Assembly: GCA_027451665.1 (NCBI GenBank)
Contig: DAIDIW010000002.1
Location: 1-46,250 of the forward strand
Length of the DNA: 46,250 nucleotides
Source of the DNA: Candidatus Kaiserbacteria bacterium
Lineage (GTDB): Bacteria; Patescibacteriota; Minisyncoccia; Phycocordibacterales; Phycocordibacteraceae
Reading direction: 5' to 3'
Shown: one piece after another, positions 34,140 through 46,250 of the stretch
Layout: the number at the start of each line of letters is the position of its first letter
Position numbering within the stretch: the stretch's first letter is position 1
Notes under the pieces: generated by a model
Told to the model about the DNA's origin: nothing
Seen by the model: the letters and a program-made list of their open reading frames with translations, nothing else
The model's database searches: none
Translations under genes and position numbers: made by a program

Positions 34140-34181
34140 GTCTTAGCGCTTGCAAGTCTTGAGCGAGTCCTATCGAGTCCT

Positions 34182-34877
34182 ATGAGGTTTCACCTAATTA
34201 CACTCTTTCCGGAAGCGTGCGACGCGTATCTCGACGCGTCGATACTGGGTCGCGCACGCAAGGAGAAGAAGATCTCCGTGAACTACCGGTCGCCACGCGA
34301 TTTCGTCGATAATCGATGGGGCAAGGTTGATGAGCGCCCCTACGGGGGCGGACCCGGAATGGTCATGCAGGCGATGCCTGTGGTGAAGGCCGTCGAGAAG
34401 GTCCTCGGTCGAAAATACGGACTTACGAAGTCTATGAGCGGGAAGAGAGAGGGAAAGAAGGCGGCAATCGTGTGGTTCACGCCGGCCGCGAAGCAGTTTG
34501 ACAACAAGGAAGCGGACAAGCTCGCGAAATTCGAGGACGTCGTGCTCGTCTGCGGCCGTTATGAGGGCATTGACGAGCGCGCGAAGAAAATCCTGAAGAC
34601 GCTCGGCACACTCAAGGAGTATGCGGTCGGCGAAGCGGTCTATACGGGCGGGGAGATTCCCGCGATGGCGATTGTGGACGCGACGACACGCCGCCTGCCG
34701 GGCGTACTCGGCAAGAACGCGTCGATCGAAGAGCGCCGGGTGGCGAGTCGTGCCGTCTACACGCGCCCCGAGACTCTTGAATACAGAAAAAAGAAGTATA
34801 GGGTCCCGGCGGTGCTCAAGACCGGTCATCACGCGAACATCGACTCCTGGCGCACTACGAGCGGGAAGAAGGCGTGA
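34182..34877 (+). CDS. trmD: tRNA (guanine37-N1)-methyltransferase
   Basis: MRFHLITLFPE, VDERPYGGGPGMVM, VLVCGRYEGIDER, VYTGGEIPAM, YTRP, VPAVLKTGHH. Start moved to ATG 34182. Confidence 0.95.
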   Translation: MRFHLITLFPEACDAYLDASILGRARKEKKISVNYRSPRDFVDNRWGKVDERPYGGGPGMVMQAMPVVKAVEKVLGRKYGLTKSMSGKREGKKAAIVWFTPAAKQFDNKEADKLAKFEDVVLVCGRYEGIDERAKKILKTLGTLKEYAVGEAVYTGGEIPAMAIVDATTRRLPGVLGKNASIEERRVASRAVYTRPETLEYRKKKYRVPAVLKTGHHANIDSWRTTSGKKA

Positions 34878-34919
34878 CCGGTCGCTCCAAGGCCGCCGGC
34901 TTTATCTCCCTTGGTGGGG

Positions 34920-34948
34920 TTGCGCCCGTGGGCTACGGCAGGTATACT
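34920..34948 (+). promoter_or_regulatory. sigma70 promoter of rpoBC
   Basis: TTGCGC-17 nt-TATACT, giving a leader of roughly 135-140 nt. Confidence 0.65.
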
Positions 34949-35092
34949 CGAAGCAACAGATACGAGTGAGTAACGGGGGGCGTCAGCACATAGGGGCGAA
35001 ATAGGAAACGCGAGAGCGAGAGCGAAAGCGGATTGTGTCCGCGCGTTTACATTTACATATCGTTCATCTTAGAAGCTTCACGGAATTGCCAC

Positions 35093-38000
35093 ATGACGAA
35101 GAAGGAAATCGTCCAGAAGACATTCGGCGCGTACCGTGCCCCGTCGGTCCCATTCCCGGACCTGGTGGGACATCAGCGCGGCTCATTCGACTGGCTCATG
35201 AAAGACGGATTGAAGGAACTCTTTAAGGAATTTTCTCCGGTCCCCGATTATTCCGGAAAGAAATTTGAGCTCACCTTCGAGGAGTTCGAGATCGGCGAGC
35301 CGAAGTATGACGAGGTATTCGCGCGCGAGAATATGCGCACCTACGAGGCGCCGGTGAAGGTGAAGGTGAAGCTCCTCAATAAGACTTTGGGGAGCGAGAA
35401 GACACAGGAAGTGTTTCTCTGCGATCTTCCGATCATGACGCCGCACGGATCGTTCATCGTTTCCGGCGTCGAGCGCGCGATCGTGCCGCAGCTCGCGCGA
35501 TCCTTCGGCGCGTTCTTCACTTCGGAACTCATCCGTGGCAAGCAGTTCTTCGGTGCGAAAATCATTCCTTCCCGTGGCGTATGGATTGAGATCGATTCGG
35601 AAGCCGATGGCGCTATCTTCGTTAAGATCGATCGTAAGCGGAAGTTCCCGATCACCCAGCTCCTCACCGTCTTTGGCGCGGGCGTGGGTGAAGCGCTCCT
35701 GAAGCACTTCAAGGACGATTCGAAGGCGCTCGCGGCTATCCAGGCGACCCTGGCACATGACGAGGCGAAGAGCGTCGAAGAAGCCTACATCGAGATTCAC
35801 CGCCGCATGCGCGACGGCGACCTCGCGACCCCGGAGAACGCTAAGAACTTCGTGCAGTCGCTCTTCTCTGGAGAGCGCTACGATCTCTCTAAGGTGGGTC
35901 GTCATCGCCTGAACGCGCGATTCGGACAGCCGACGACGGAGAAAGCGCTCGAGAAGCGCACGCTCTCGCTCGCTGATTTCACCCGTATCATCGCGGAGGT
36001 CGCGCGTTTGAACGCCGACCCGAACGCGCTCCCGGACGATATCGATCACTTGGGCTTCCGCCGCGTGCGATTCGTCGGCGAGCTCTTGCAGAGCCGCATG
36101 CGCGTCGGCATGTCGCGTATGAAGCGCAACATACAGGACCGCATGTCGACCATCGAGAGCGAGACGACGCTCCCGATGGCACTCCTCAATCCGCGGCCGT
36201 TCCAGGCTGCGGTACGCGAGTTCTTCACCGCGAACCAGCTGTCGCAATTCATGGATCAGCAGAACATTCTCGCGGAGCTTGAAAACATGCGTACGCTCTC
36301 CGCGCTTGGCCCTGGCGGGCTCACGCGCGAGCGTGCCGGTTTTGAGGTGCGCGACGTGCACCCGTCCCATTATGGCCGGCTCTGCCCGATCCATACGCCG
36401 GAAGGTCAGAACATCGGCCTCATCCTCCGCCTCGCGACCCATGCGCGCACGAACGACTTCGGCGTCATCGAGACCCCGTACGTCAAGGTGTCGAAGGGCA
36501 AGGTCACGAACGATATCGTCTACCTGAACGCGCTTGATGAAGAGCTCGAGTACGTCGCGCATGCGGCAACGAAGCTAGATGAGAAAGGCATGATCATCGC
36601 GGAGACGGTAGAGGCGCGCCATAAGGGGGAGCCGGTCATCGTGCCGAAGGAGCAGGTGACCCTCATGGATGCGTCCACCTACCAGATGTTCTCCATCGCG
36701 ACGTCCATGATCCCGTTCGTAAACCATGATGACGCCAACCGCGCGCTCATGGGTTCGAACATGCAAAAACAGGCGACCCCGGTCCTCATCCCGGAGGCGC
36801 CTTTGGTCGCAACGGGTGTCGAAGGCCATGCGGCTCGCTCGACCGGCCGTCTCGCGATCGCTGAGGAAGCGGGCGACGTTACGTACGTCGATGCTCGCAA
36901 GATCGTCGTGACGAACAAGGAGGGGAAAAAGAAGGAATACCATCTCGAAGGCCTCACGCAGACGAATCAGAACTCCGCATTCATGCAGCGCCCATCGGTG
37001 CGGCAGGGCGACAAGGTGAAGAAGGGAGACGTGCTTGCCGACAACTCTTCGACCGCCGATGGCCAGCTCGCGCTCGGCCAGAACGCCCGCATCGCATTCA
37101 TGAGCTGGAACGGGGCGAATTATGAGGATGCCATCATCATCAGTGAACGGCTCGTGGAGGAGGCGAAGTTCACCACGCTCCACATCGAGGACTTCGAGTG
37201 CGTCGTGCGGGATACGAAGCTCGGGCCGGAAACGACCACCCACGACATTCCGAACGTGGGCGAGCTTCGGCTCAAGAATCTCGACGAAGAGGGTGTCATC
37301 CGCATCGGCGCAGAAGTGCGCCCGGGCGATATCCTTGTCGGCAAGGTGACGCCGAAAGGCGAGACGCAGCTCACGCCCGAAGAACGGCTTTTGCGCTCGA
37401 TCTTCGGCGATAAAGCGAAGGATGTGAAAGACACTTCGCTCCGCATGGAAGGCGGGAAGCGCGGCCGCGTCATCGGCGTGCGCGTCTTCAGCCGCGAGCG
37501 CGGCGATCAGCTCGAGAGCGGCATTATCAAGAAGATCGTCGTCACGGTCGCCCAGGTCCGCAACGTCTCGGTGGGCGACAAGCTCGCCGGCCGTCACGGC
37601 AACAAGGGCGTGATTTCCCGCGTGCTCCCGGTGGAGGACATGCCGTACGACAAGGACGGCAACCCGGTCGACGTGATACTCACGCCGCTTGGCGTCCCGA
37701 GCCGTATGAACCTCGGCCAAATCCTCGAGATGCATCTCGGTCTTGCCGCGAACGCGCTCGGCTATCAGGCGGTCGTTCCGCCGTTCGCCGGTGCTACCGT
37801 GGACGAGATTCACGGCGAGCTGAAGCGCGCCGGCCTCCCAGAGAGCGGGAAGATGCAGCTCTTCGACGGCCGCACGGGCGAGGCCTTCGCGCAGCCGATC
37901 TCCGTGGGCTACATGTACGTGTTGAAGCTTCATCACATGGTGGAGGACAAGATCCACATGCGTTCTATCGGTCCGTACTCGCTCATCACCCAGCAGCCAT

Positions 38001-38293
38001 TGGGCGGTAAGGCGCAGAACGGCGGGCAGCGCTTCGGTGAAATGGAAGTGTGGGCGCTTCTCGGCTATGGCGCAGCCTACATGCTCCGTGAAATGCTCAC
38101 CATCAAGTCCGACGATATTCAGGGCCGCTCTGCCGCCTTCGATGCCATCGTGCGCGGCGAGCCGATCAGCCACGCGGGCACGCCGGCATCGTTCTCCGTC
38201 CTTACCAATCAGATCCGCGGTCTCGCGCTCGACGTCGAGCCGAAGACCGTGTCGCCGTCTGCGCTCGATGCGGACGAGGGATTTTCCGAATAA
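35093..38293 (+). CDS. rpoB: RNA polymerase beta subunit
   Basis: VRDVHPSHYGRLCPIHTPEG, NRALMGSNMQKQ, GDKLAGRHGNKGV, SRMNLGQ, GGQRFGEMEVWAL. Start moved to ATG 35093. Confidence 0.98.
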   Translation: MTKKEIVQKTFGAYRAPSVPFPDLVGHQRGSFDWLMKDGLKELFKEFSPVPDYSGKKFELTFEEFEIGEPKYDEVFARENMRTYEAPVKVKVKLLNKTLGSEKTQEVFLCDLPIMTPHGSFIVSGVERAIVPQLARSFGAFFTSELIRGKQFFGAKIIPSRGVWIEIDSEADGAIFVKIDRKRKFPITQLLTVFGAGVGEALLKHFKDDSKALAAIQATLAHDEAKSVEEAYIEIHRRMRDGDLATPENAKNFVQSLFSGERYDLSKVGRHRLNARFGQPTTEKALEKRTLSLADFTRIIAEVARLNADPNALPDDIDHLGFRRVRFVGELLQSRMRVGMSRMKRNIQDRMSTIESETTLPMALLNPRPFQAAVREFFTANQLSQFMDQQNILAELENMRTLSALGPGGLTRERAGFEVRDVHPSHYGRLCPIHTPEGQNIGLILRLATHARTNDFGVIETPYVKVSKGKVTNDIVYLNALDEELEYVAHAATKLDEKGMIIAETVEARHKGEPVIVPKEQVTLMDASTYQMFSIATSMIPFVNHDDANRALMGSNMQKQATPVLIPEAPLVATGVEGHAARSTGRLAIAEEAGDVTYVDARKIVVTNKEGKKKEYHLEGLTQTNQNSAFMQRPSVRQGDKVKKGDVLADNSSTADGQLALGQNARIAFMSWNGANYEDAIIISERLVEEAKFTTLHIEDFECVVRDTKLGPETTTHDIPNVGELRLKNLDEEGVIRIGAEVRPGDILVGKVTPKGETQLTPEERLLRSIFGDKAKDVKDTSLRMEGGKRGRVIGVRVFSRERGDQLESGIIKKIVVTVAQVRNVSVGDKLAGRHGNKGVISRVLPVEDMPYDKDGNPVDVILTPLGVPSRMNLGQILEMHLGLAANALGYQAVVPPFAGATVDEIHGELKRAGLPESGKMQLFDGRTGEAFAQPISVGYMYVLKLHHMVEDKIHMRSIGPYSLITQQPLGGKAQNGGQRFGEMEVWALLGYGAAYMLREMLTIKSDDIQGRSAAFDAIVRGEPISHAGTPASFSVLTNQIRGLALDVEPKTVSPSALDADEGFSE

Positions 38294-38313
38294 GCGTTTA
38301 ATCGAACTACACT

Positions 38314-42039
<3,726 letters not shown>

Positions 42040-42048
42040 GTTCGCCCT

Positions 42049-42165
42049 CCCGCTGAAAACCGCGACCTGCTGCGTTGCGCTTCGCGAACCGGCGCTCACC
42101 GTACGCCATAGTACGGCTCGTACCGCTCCGCTCGCGCGCCTTGCATCTCACCGGTTTGCAGCAGG
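42049..42165. mobile_element. MITE/REP-like non-coding element, copy B
   Basis: Imperfect terminal IR cccgctgaaaaccg/cggtttgcagcagg; the same internal blocks, in the same order, as copy A. Confidence 0.6.
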
Positions 42166-42170
42166 CTCAA

Positions 42171-42212
42171 ATACAACAGCAGCGCCCACTTTCGTGGGCG
42201 CTGCTGTTGTAT
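42171..42212. terminator. Perfect 19-bp hairpin after rpoC
   Basis: atacaacagcagcgcccac-tttc-gtgggcgctgctgttgtat. Confidence 0.8.
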
Positions 42213-42399
42213 AGGGGCTCATACTGCAAGTTCGAACCTTGTAAATGGCATGCAAAAACACCATGCACGAACAAGCTCCGCAACTACTCGGTTTCGGCCG
42301 CACTCGCTTTGAGGAGTGAATGCCTCCGGTTTACGCTTCATACGCTAGGGTAGCTTTGTATATAGTTCCCCTCTAAAATTGGGGTAAAATAGCAGGGAA

Positions 42400-44082
42400 A
42401 TGGCGCGGGATACCGTAGGGGAGATAAAGGATAAGCTCATGATCGAGGACGTGGTCGCGCCCTACGTAAAGCTGCGACGAACGGGTCGGTCGCTTACGGG
42501 ACTCTGTCCGTTCCATAAGGAGAAGACCCCGAGCTTCCATGTCTCGAGCGAACGCGGTACGTTCCATTGCTTCGGCTGCGGCGAGGGCGGCGACATGTTC
42601 ACCTTTATCGAGAAGGTCGAGGGTGTGGACTTCAAAGGCGCCATGCAGCTACTCGCGAACAAGGCAGGTGTCGAGATCGTCTACAATCCGGTAGCGAAGG
42701 ATGCGAGTGACAAGCTCGAACGGTTACGCGAGGCTCTGGCCAAAGCGCAAGCGTGGTATATGAGTCAGCTCGCGGGCACGGAGGCGCTCGCGTATGCGAA
42801 GAAGCGCGGCCTCTCGGACGTATCAATAAAGGAGTGGGGTATCGGGTTCGCACCGGATTCCTGGCGAGGCCTCCTCGAGAACCTGACGGGAGCAGGATTC
42901 TCTGTGCAGGAGCTACTCGCCGCCGGACTCGTGAAGGAGGCGGACGGGAAGCCGGGTACGTACTACGATCGGTTCCGGAATCGGCTCATGTTCCCGATCC
43001 GCGATACGGCGGGACGCACGGTCGCGTTCACGGGCAGGGCGCTCTCCGCGGAAGAGCAGGCCAAGTATCTAAACTCTCCCGAGACCGAGCTCTACCATAA
43101 ATCCGATCTCCTCTACGGACTCGATCGTGCGAAGGACGCGATACGGTCGCGACAGTTCACCATGTTGGTCGAAGGGCAGATGGACGTGATCCACTGCCAT
43201 CAGGCAGGGTTCGAGAACGCGGTCGCGCTCTCGGGCACGGCGCTCACGGGACGGCACGTGAGCATCATGAAGCGGTATAGCGATAATCTCATGCTCGTCC
43301 TCGACATGGATCAGGCAGGGCTCGCGGCGACGGCGAAGTCTGCGCTCATGGCGCTCAAGGAAGGCTTGCGCGTGAAAGTCGCGCGCCTTCTGGGCGGCAA
43401 GGATCCCGCGGATCTCATGACCGAACAGATGGACGGCGCGAAGGAATTCGCGCGTTGCGTGAAGGACTCCAGACCCGTCGTCGACTTCTTCCTCGGTGTG
43501 CTTTCTGAGCGCGAGCCCGATGCGGAACGTCTCATCGCGGCCGCCGAGCGCGTGGTACTGCCGCTCATCCGCGCCGTCCAGAGTCCTCTCGAGCGCGAGC
43601 ACTTCATGCTGAACGCCGGCCGTGCGCTCGGGCTCTCGACCGAAGCGGTGCGCGAAGCCGTGGGCCGAGTCCCCGATGGCGCGCGCGAGCCGGCAGCATC
43701 CCGCACCGCGGACGCGCTGAGCGCGCGGACGCCGGCAGAACAGCGCGGGAATTTCCTGCAGGCAGTTATCAAGGCGTATCCTGATTCGCCGCTTGCGAAG
43801 CGCGTGGCGGCAGAGTATAGTCGTATTACCGGCGTTCACCCGCTTTCTTCGGAGGCGCTCCCAGAAGCCGTCGTGTTCCAAGCGGAACAGACATTCGGCG
43901 AGGAGCCATCGGAAGAGGCGGCAGATGAACTGCTCAGCGCCTTTGAAGAAGCGGTCATCCGCGAGGCGTATCAACAAGCGATAAAGGAACTACGAAGAGC
44001 CGAGGCCACGGGAGACGCGGCCGAAGTCGCACGTACGCAAGAGGTCTGTGCCGAACTCGGCGCCCGGCTCGCTCGATTCTGA
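42400..44082 (+). CDS. dnaG: DNA primase
   Basis: CHC2 finger CPFHKEKTPSF..HCFGC, DRFRNRLMFPI, KYLNSPET, Toprim VEGQMDV, GKDPAD. Confidence 0.96.
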   Translation: MARDTVGEIKDKLMIEDVVAPYVKLRRTGRSLTGLCPFHKEKTPSFHVSSERGTFHCFGCGEGGDMFTFIEKVEGVDFKGAMQLLANKAGVEIVYNPVAKDASDKLERLREALAKAQAWYMSQLAGTEALAYAKKRGLSDVSIKEWGIGFAPDSWRGLLENLTGAGFSVQELLAAGLVKEADGKPGTYYDRFRNRLMFPIRDTAGRTVAFTGRALSAEEQAKYLNSPETELYHKSDLLYGLDRAKDAIRSRQFTMLVEGQMDVIHCHQAGFENAVALSGTALTGRHVSIMKRYSDNLMLVLDMDQAGLAATAKSALMALKEGLRVKVARLLGGKDPADLMTEQMDGAKEFARCVKDSRPVVDFFLGVLSEREPDAERLIAAAERVVLPLIRAVQSPLEREHFMLNAGRALGLSTEAVREAVGRVPDGAREPAASRTADALSARTPAEQRGNFLQAVIKAYPDSPLAKRVAAEYSRITGVHPLSSEALPEAVVFQAEQTFGEEPSEEAADELLSAFEEAVIREAYQQAIKELRRAEATGDAAEVARTQEVCAELGARLARF

Positions 44083-44161
44083 TATTCACCGTATTTTCAG
44101 CGCTGGTTCATAGTGTGTTTAGTGCGTCTTTCAAAGATTGTGAATCTTACCCACACCCCGC

Positions 44162-45406
44162 ATGGCCAAGAAACCCCTCGCAAAGAAGAAGGCAGTGAAG
44201 AAGGCCGCCAAGAAGCGGTCGAGCGCGTCGACCCGGACAACCGCGTCGAAGCCGAAGAAGGCTGAATCTGCAGTCTCGCGTTCCGCGCGCACGAAGAGCG
44301 TGGTCAAGAAGGCCGCCTCGAAAGCGAAACAGAAGGCCTCCGCCGCAAAGGAGCTCACCGCCGAGGAGCTCATCGAGAAGGGAAAGGAGCGCGGCTACGT
44401 CACCTATAACGAGATCCTGAAGTCGTTCCCGCACGTCGAGGAGGACGTCGATTTCCTCGAGACGCTCTATGAGCGATTTGCGACCGCCGGCGTCGACGTG
44501 CTCGAAGGCGGGATGCTTGAGGATAATGCCGATGAGTATCTCGCGACGAGAAACATCAAGGATCGTCATTCGACAGGCTACGATTCCATCCAGATCTATC
44601 TACGCGAGATAGGGCAGTACCCGCTCCTCACGGCGGCTGAAGAGCGCGAGCTGGCGAAGCGTATCGAGAAGGGCGACAACGAGGCGCGCAACATCCTCGC
44701 GCGTTCGAACCTGCGCCTCGTCGTCTCAATCGCGAAGAAGTACGTGGGCCGCAGCCCAGACCTCACACTCCTCGACCTCATTCAGGAAGGGAATCTCGGT
44801 CTCTTCCGCGCCGTCGACAAATTCGATTGGAAGAAGGGCTACAAGTTCTCGACATACGCGACGTGGTGGATTCGCCAGGCCATCACCCGCGCGTTGGCCG
44901 ATCAGTCACGCACTATCCGCATCCCGGTCCACATGGTAGAGACCATCGCTAAATACAAGCAGGTCTCGCGCCGTCTCGCGCAGGCGCTCGGCCGCGATCC
45001 GCAGCCGGAGGAGGTAGCCGTCGAGATGGGTGTCGAGCCGGAGAAGATCTATCAGATCGAGAAGATCAATCAGGACACGCTGTCCTTGGAGAACCCGATC
45101 GGTTCCGATGACGATGAGAAGAGCACGCTCGGTGATTTCATCGCCGACGACAAGATCCCGTCGCCGGTCCAGGAATCGTCCGAGCGCATCCTCGGCGAGC
45201 AGGTACGTGCCATCCTCTCGGACCTCTCGCCGAAGGAACGCAAGATTCTCGAGATGCGGCACGGGCTCCAGGACGGCATCTACCATACGCTCGAGGAGGT
45301 GGGGAAGGAGTTTGGCGTCACCCGCGAGCGAATCCGCCAGATCGAAGCGAAAGCCCTCGAGAAGATCCGCCTCCACGAGCGCGCGCGGCACCTGAAGAGC
45401 TACTAA
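44162..45406 (+). CDS. rpoD: Primary sigma-70 factor
   Basis: [61 protein letters not shown]; dnaG-rpoD synteny. Confidence 0.97.
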   Translation: MAKKPLAKKKAVKKAAKKRSSASTRTTASKPKKAESAVSRSARTKSVVKKAASKAKQKASAAKELTAEELIEKGKERGYVTYNEILKSFPHVEEDVDFLETLYERFATAGVDVLEGGMLEDNADEYLATRNIKDRHSTGYDSIQIYLREIGQYPLLTAAEERELAKRIEKGDNEARNILARSNLRLVVSIAKKYVGRSPDLTLLDLIQEGNLGLFRAVDKFDWKKGYKFSTYATWWIRQAITRALADQSRTIRIPVHMVETIAKYKQVSRRLAQALGRDPQPEEVAVEMGVEPEKIYQIEKINQDTLSLENPIGSDDDEKSTLGDFIADDKIPSPVQESSERILGEQVRAILSDLSPKERKILEMRHGLQDGIYHTLEEVGKEFGVTRERIRQIEAKALEKIRLHERARHLKSY

Positions 45407-45575
45407 GGAGCGTGTCTAGACGCAAAATTCAAAGCACCTTGCAAGGTGCGGGGGATTTCGCGTATAGTCGGCTCCAGACTGTTCAGTCGTTACGAGTAAT
45501 TATGAGGCTTGCCGCACGCACGCGTCTCACCCGCGACGCGGCGTTTTATTTTGACCGCGTACGGGAGGTAGCAAG

Positions 45576-46250
45576 ATGCACACCACCATGACCACACACA
45601 CAACGGAGCAGATGACGATGAAGAAAATGATGGGGGTTCCTGAAGCGGACGCATACGTTCGGCGCAATCTCTCACTGGTGCAGACACGGAAGGTCGATGG
45701 CCACTACGCACCGATTATTCGCTGCATCGATGGGCGCCGTACGGCGAACCCGGATCAGCTTGGAGCGGTGCTGAGTCTGCCGCAGGAAGGAGCGATCTCA
45801 TTTCCGGGAGGCGGTATCGGTGTCGCGGCGCTCATTTTGAGCGGGCTCAATGTCGCATTCATCGAGCCGTGGGCTAAAGCCGGTGATGAGCGCGCGGAGT
45901 CGGCGCGGCGAGCCTTCTCGTTCGATCGCCTCATGGATTGCCTTGAGCGAGCCATGGGCGGGATGAGTTGTCATACTGACGACCATGCGGTCGAGGACGA
46001 GCTCGCCTGCGCCGGATGCGGCCATGCCATGGCGCTCCTGAACGGCGGCTATGGTCTCGGCGACGCGTACCGTGCCGAGATGACCGAATACCTGAAGAAG
46101 CTCAAGCTGCGCGCGCTCCAGGACGAAGAGGGGGTCTCGGTCGAGGTGTACCATGGCTCCCACATCGAGTCGGCAGTCCTGCGCTTGAAGTGCATGCTCT
46201 CGTTCGGCGAGTTCCTGTCGGTGCCGCCGAACGACGGCGAGATGTCCGTG
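45576..46250 (+). CDS. Cadmium/zeta-class (CDCA-like) carbonic anhydrase family protein, 3'-truncated, not in the ORF track
   Basis: SD gggagg before ATG 45576; 225 codons open to the window end; RCIDGR, FPGGGIG, HTDDH, CAGCGH, YHGSHIESAV. Confidence 0.75.
   Translation, partial: MHTTMTTHTTEQMTMKKMMGVPEADAYVRRNLSLVQTRKVDGHYAPIIRCIDGRRTANPDQLGAVLSLPQEGAISFPGGGIGVAALILSGLNVAFIEPWAKAGDERAESARRAFSFDRLMDCLERAMGGMSCHTDDHAVEDELACAGCGHAMALLNGGYGLGDAYRAEMTEYLKKLKLRALQDEEGVSVEVYHGSHIESAVLRLKCMLSFGEFLSVPPNDGEMSV

Noticed and set aside
543-35092. ORF-track upstream starts for rpmE2, rpsB, pheS, phosphatase, sortase, thrS, rnhB, rpmF, nusB, rnr, rpsP, khpA, trmD, rpoB
   Set aside because: The extensions cross promoters, terminators or neighbouring genes; family homology begins at the downstream ATGs used here.

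Overview
Core-genome window from a high-GC, standard-code bacterium with compact, domain-trimmed housekeeping genes. This best fits Patescibacteria/CPR (Parcubacteria-like); the assignment is inferred from gene content and style, not from a search. Housekeeping genes: rpmE2, prfA, rpsB, tsf, tRNA-Thr(UGU), pheS, folB, gyrB, thrS, dnaE, rnhB, rpmF, nusB, rnc, smc, gdhA, rnr, rpsP, khpA, trmD, rpoB, rpoC, dnaG, rpoD. Best candidate for an undescribed system (10355-16435): a sortase next to a ~1065-aa protein with eight Ig-like repeats. That protein has an IPYTG + transmembrane sorting signal followed, unusually, by a ~250-aa predicted cytoplasmic tail carrying four EPVYE (EPIYA-like) repeats. 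A CARDB-like membrane protein and a 12-Cys secreted orphan flank the pair. Other highlights: a single-chain mitochondrial-type PheRS; a transcriptional T-box with an ultrashort Stem I upstream of thrS; a FolB with a natural Tyr53Phe change; a NusB-NUDIX fusion; a short SMC with no recognisable hinge; a CDCA/zeta-like carbonic anhydrase and a 59-aa ORF, both absent from the ORF track; a candidate sRNA; MITE/REP-like repeats; and a split between apparently leaderless housekeeping genes and SD-led accessory genes. Many start codons were moved downstream of the ORF-track starts on the basis of -10/SD evidence. No database searches or folding programs were run.
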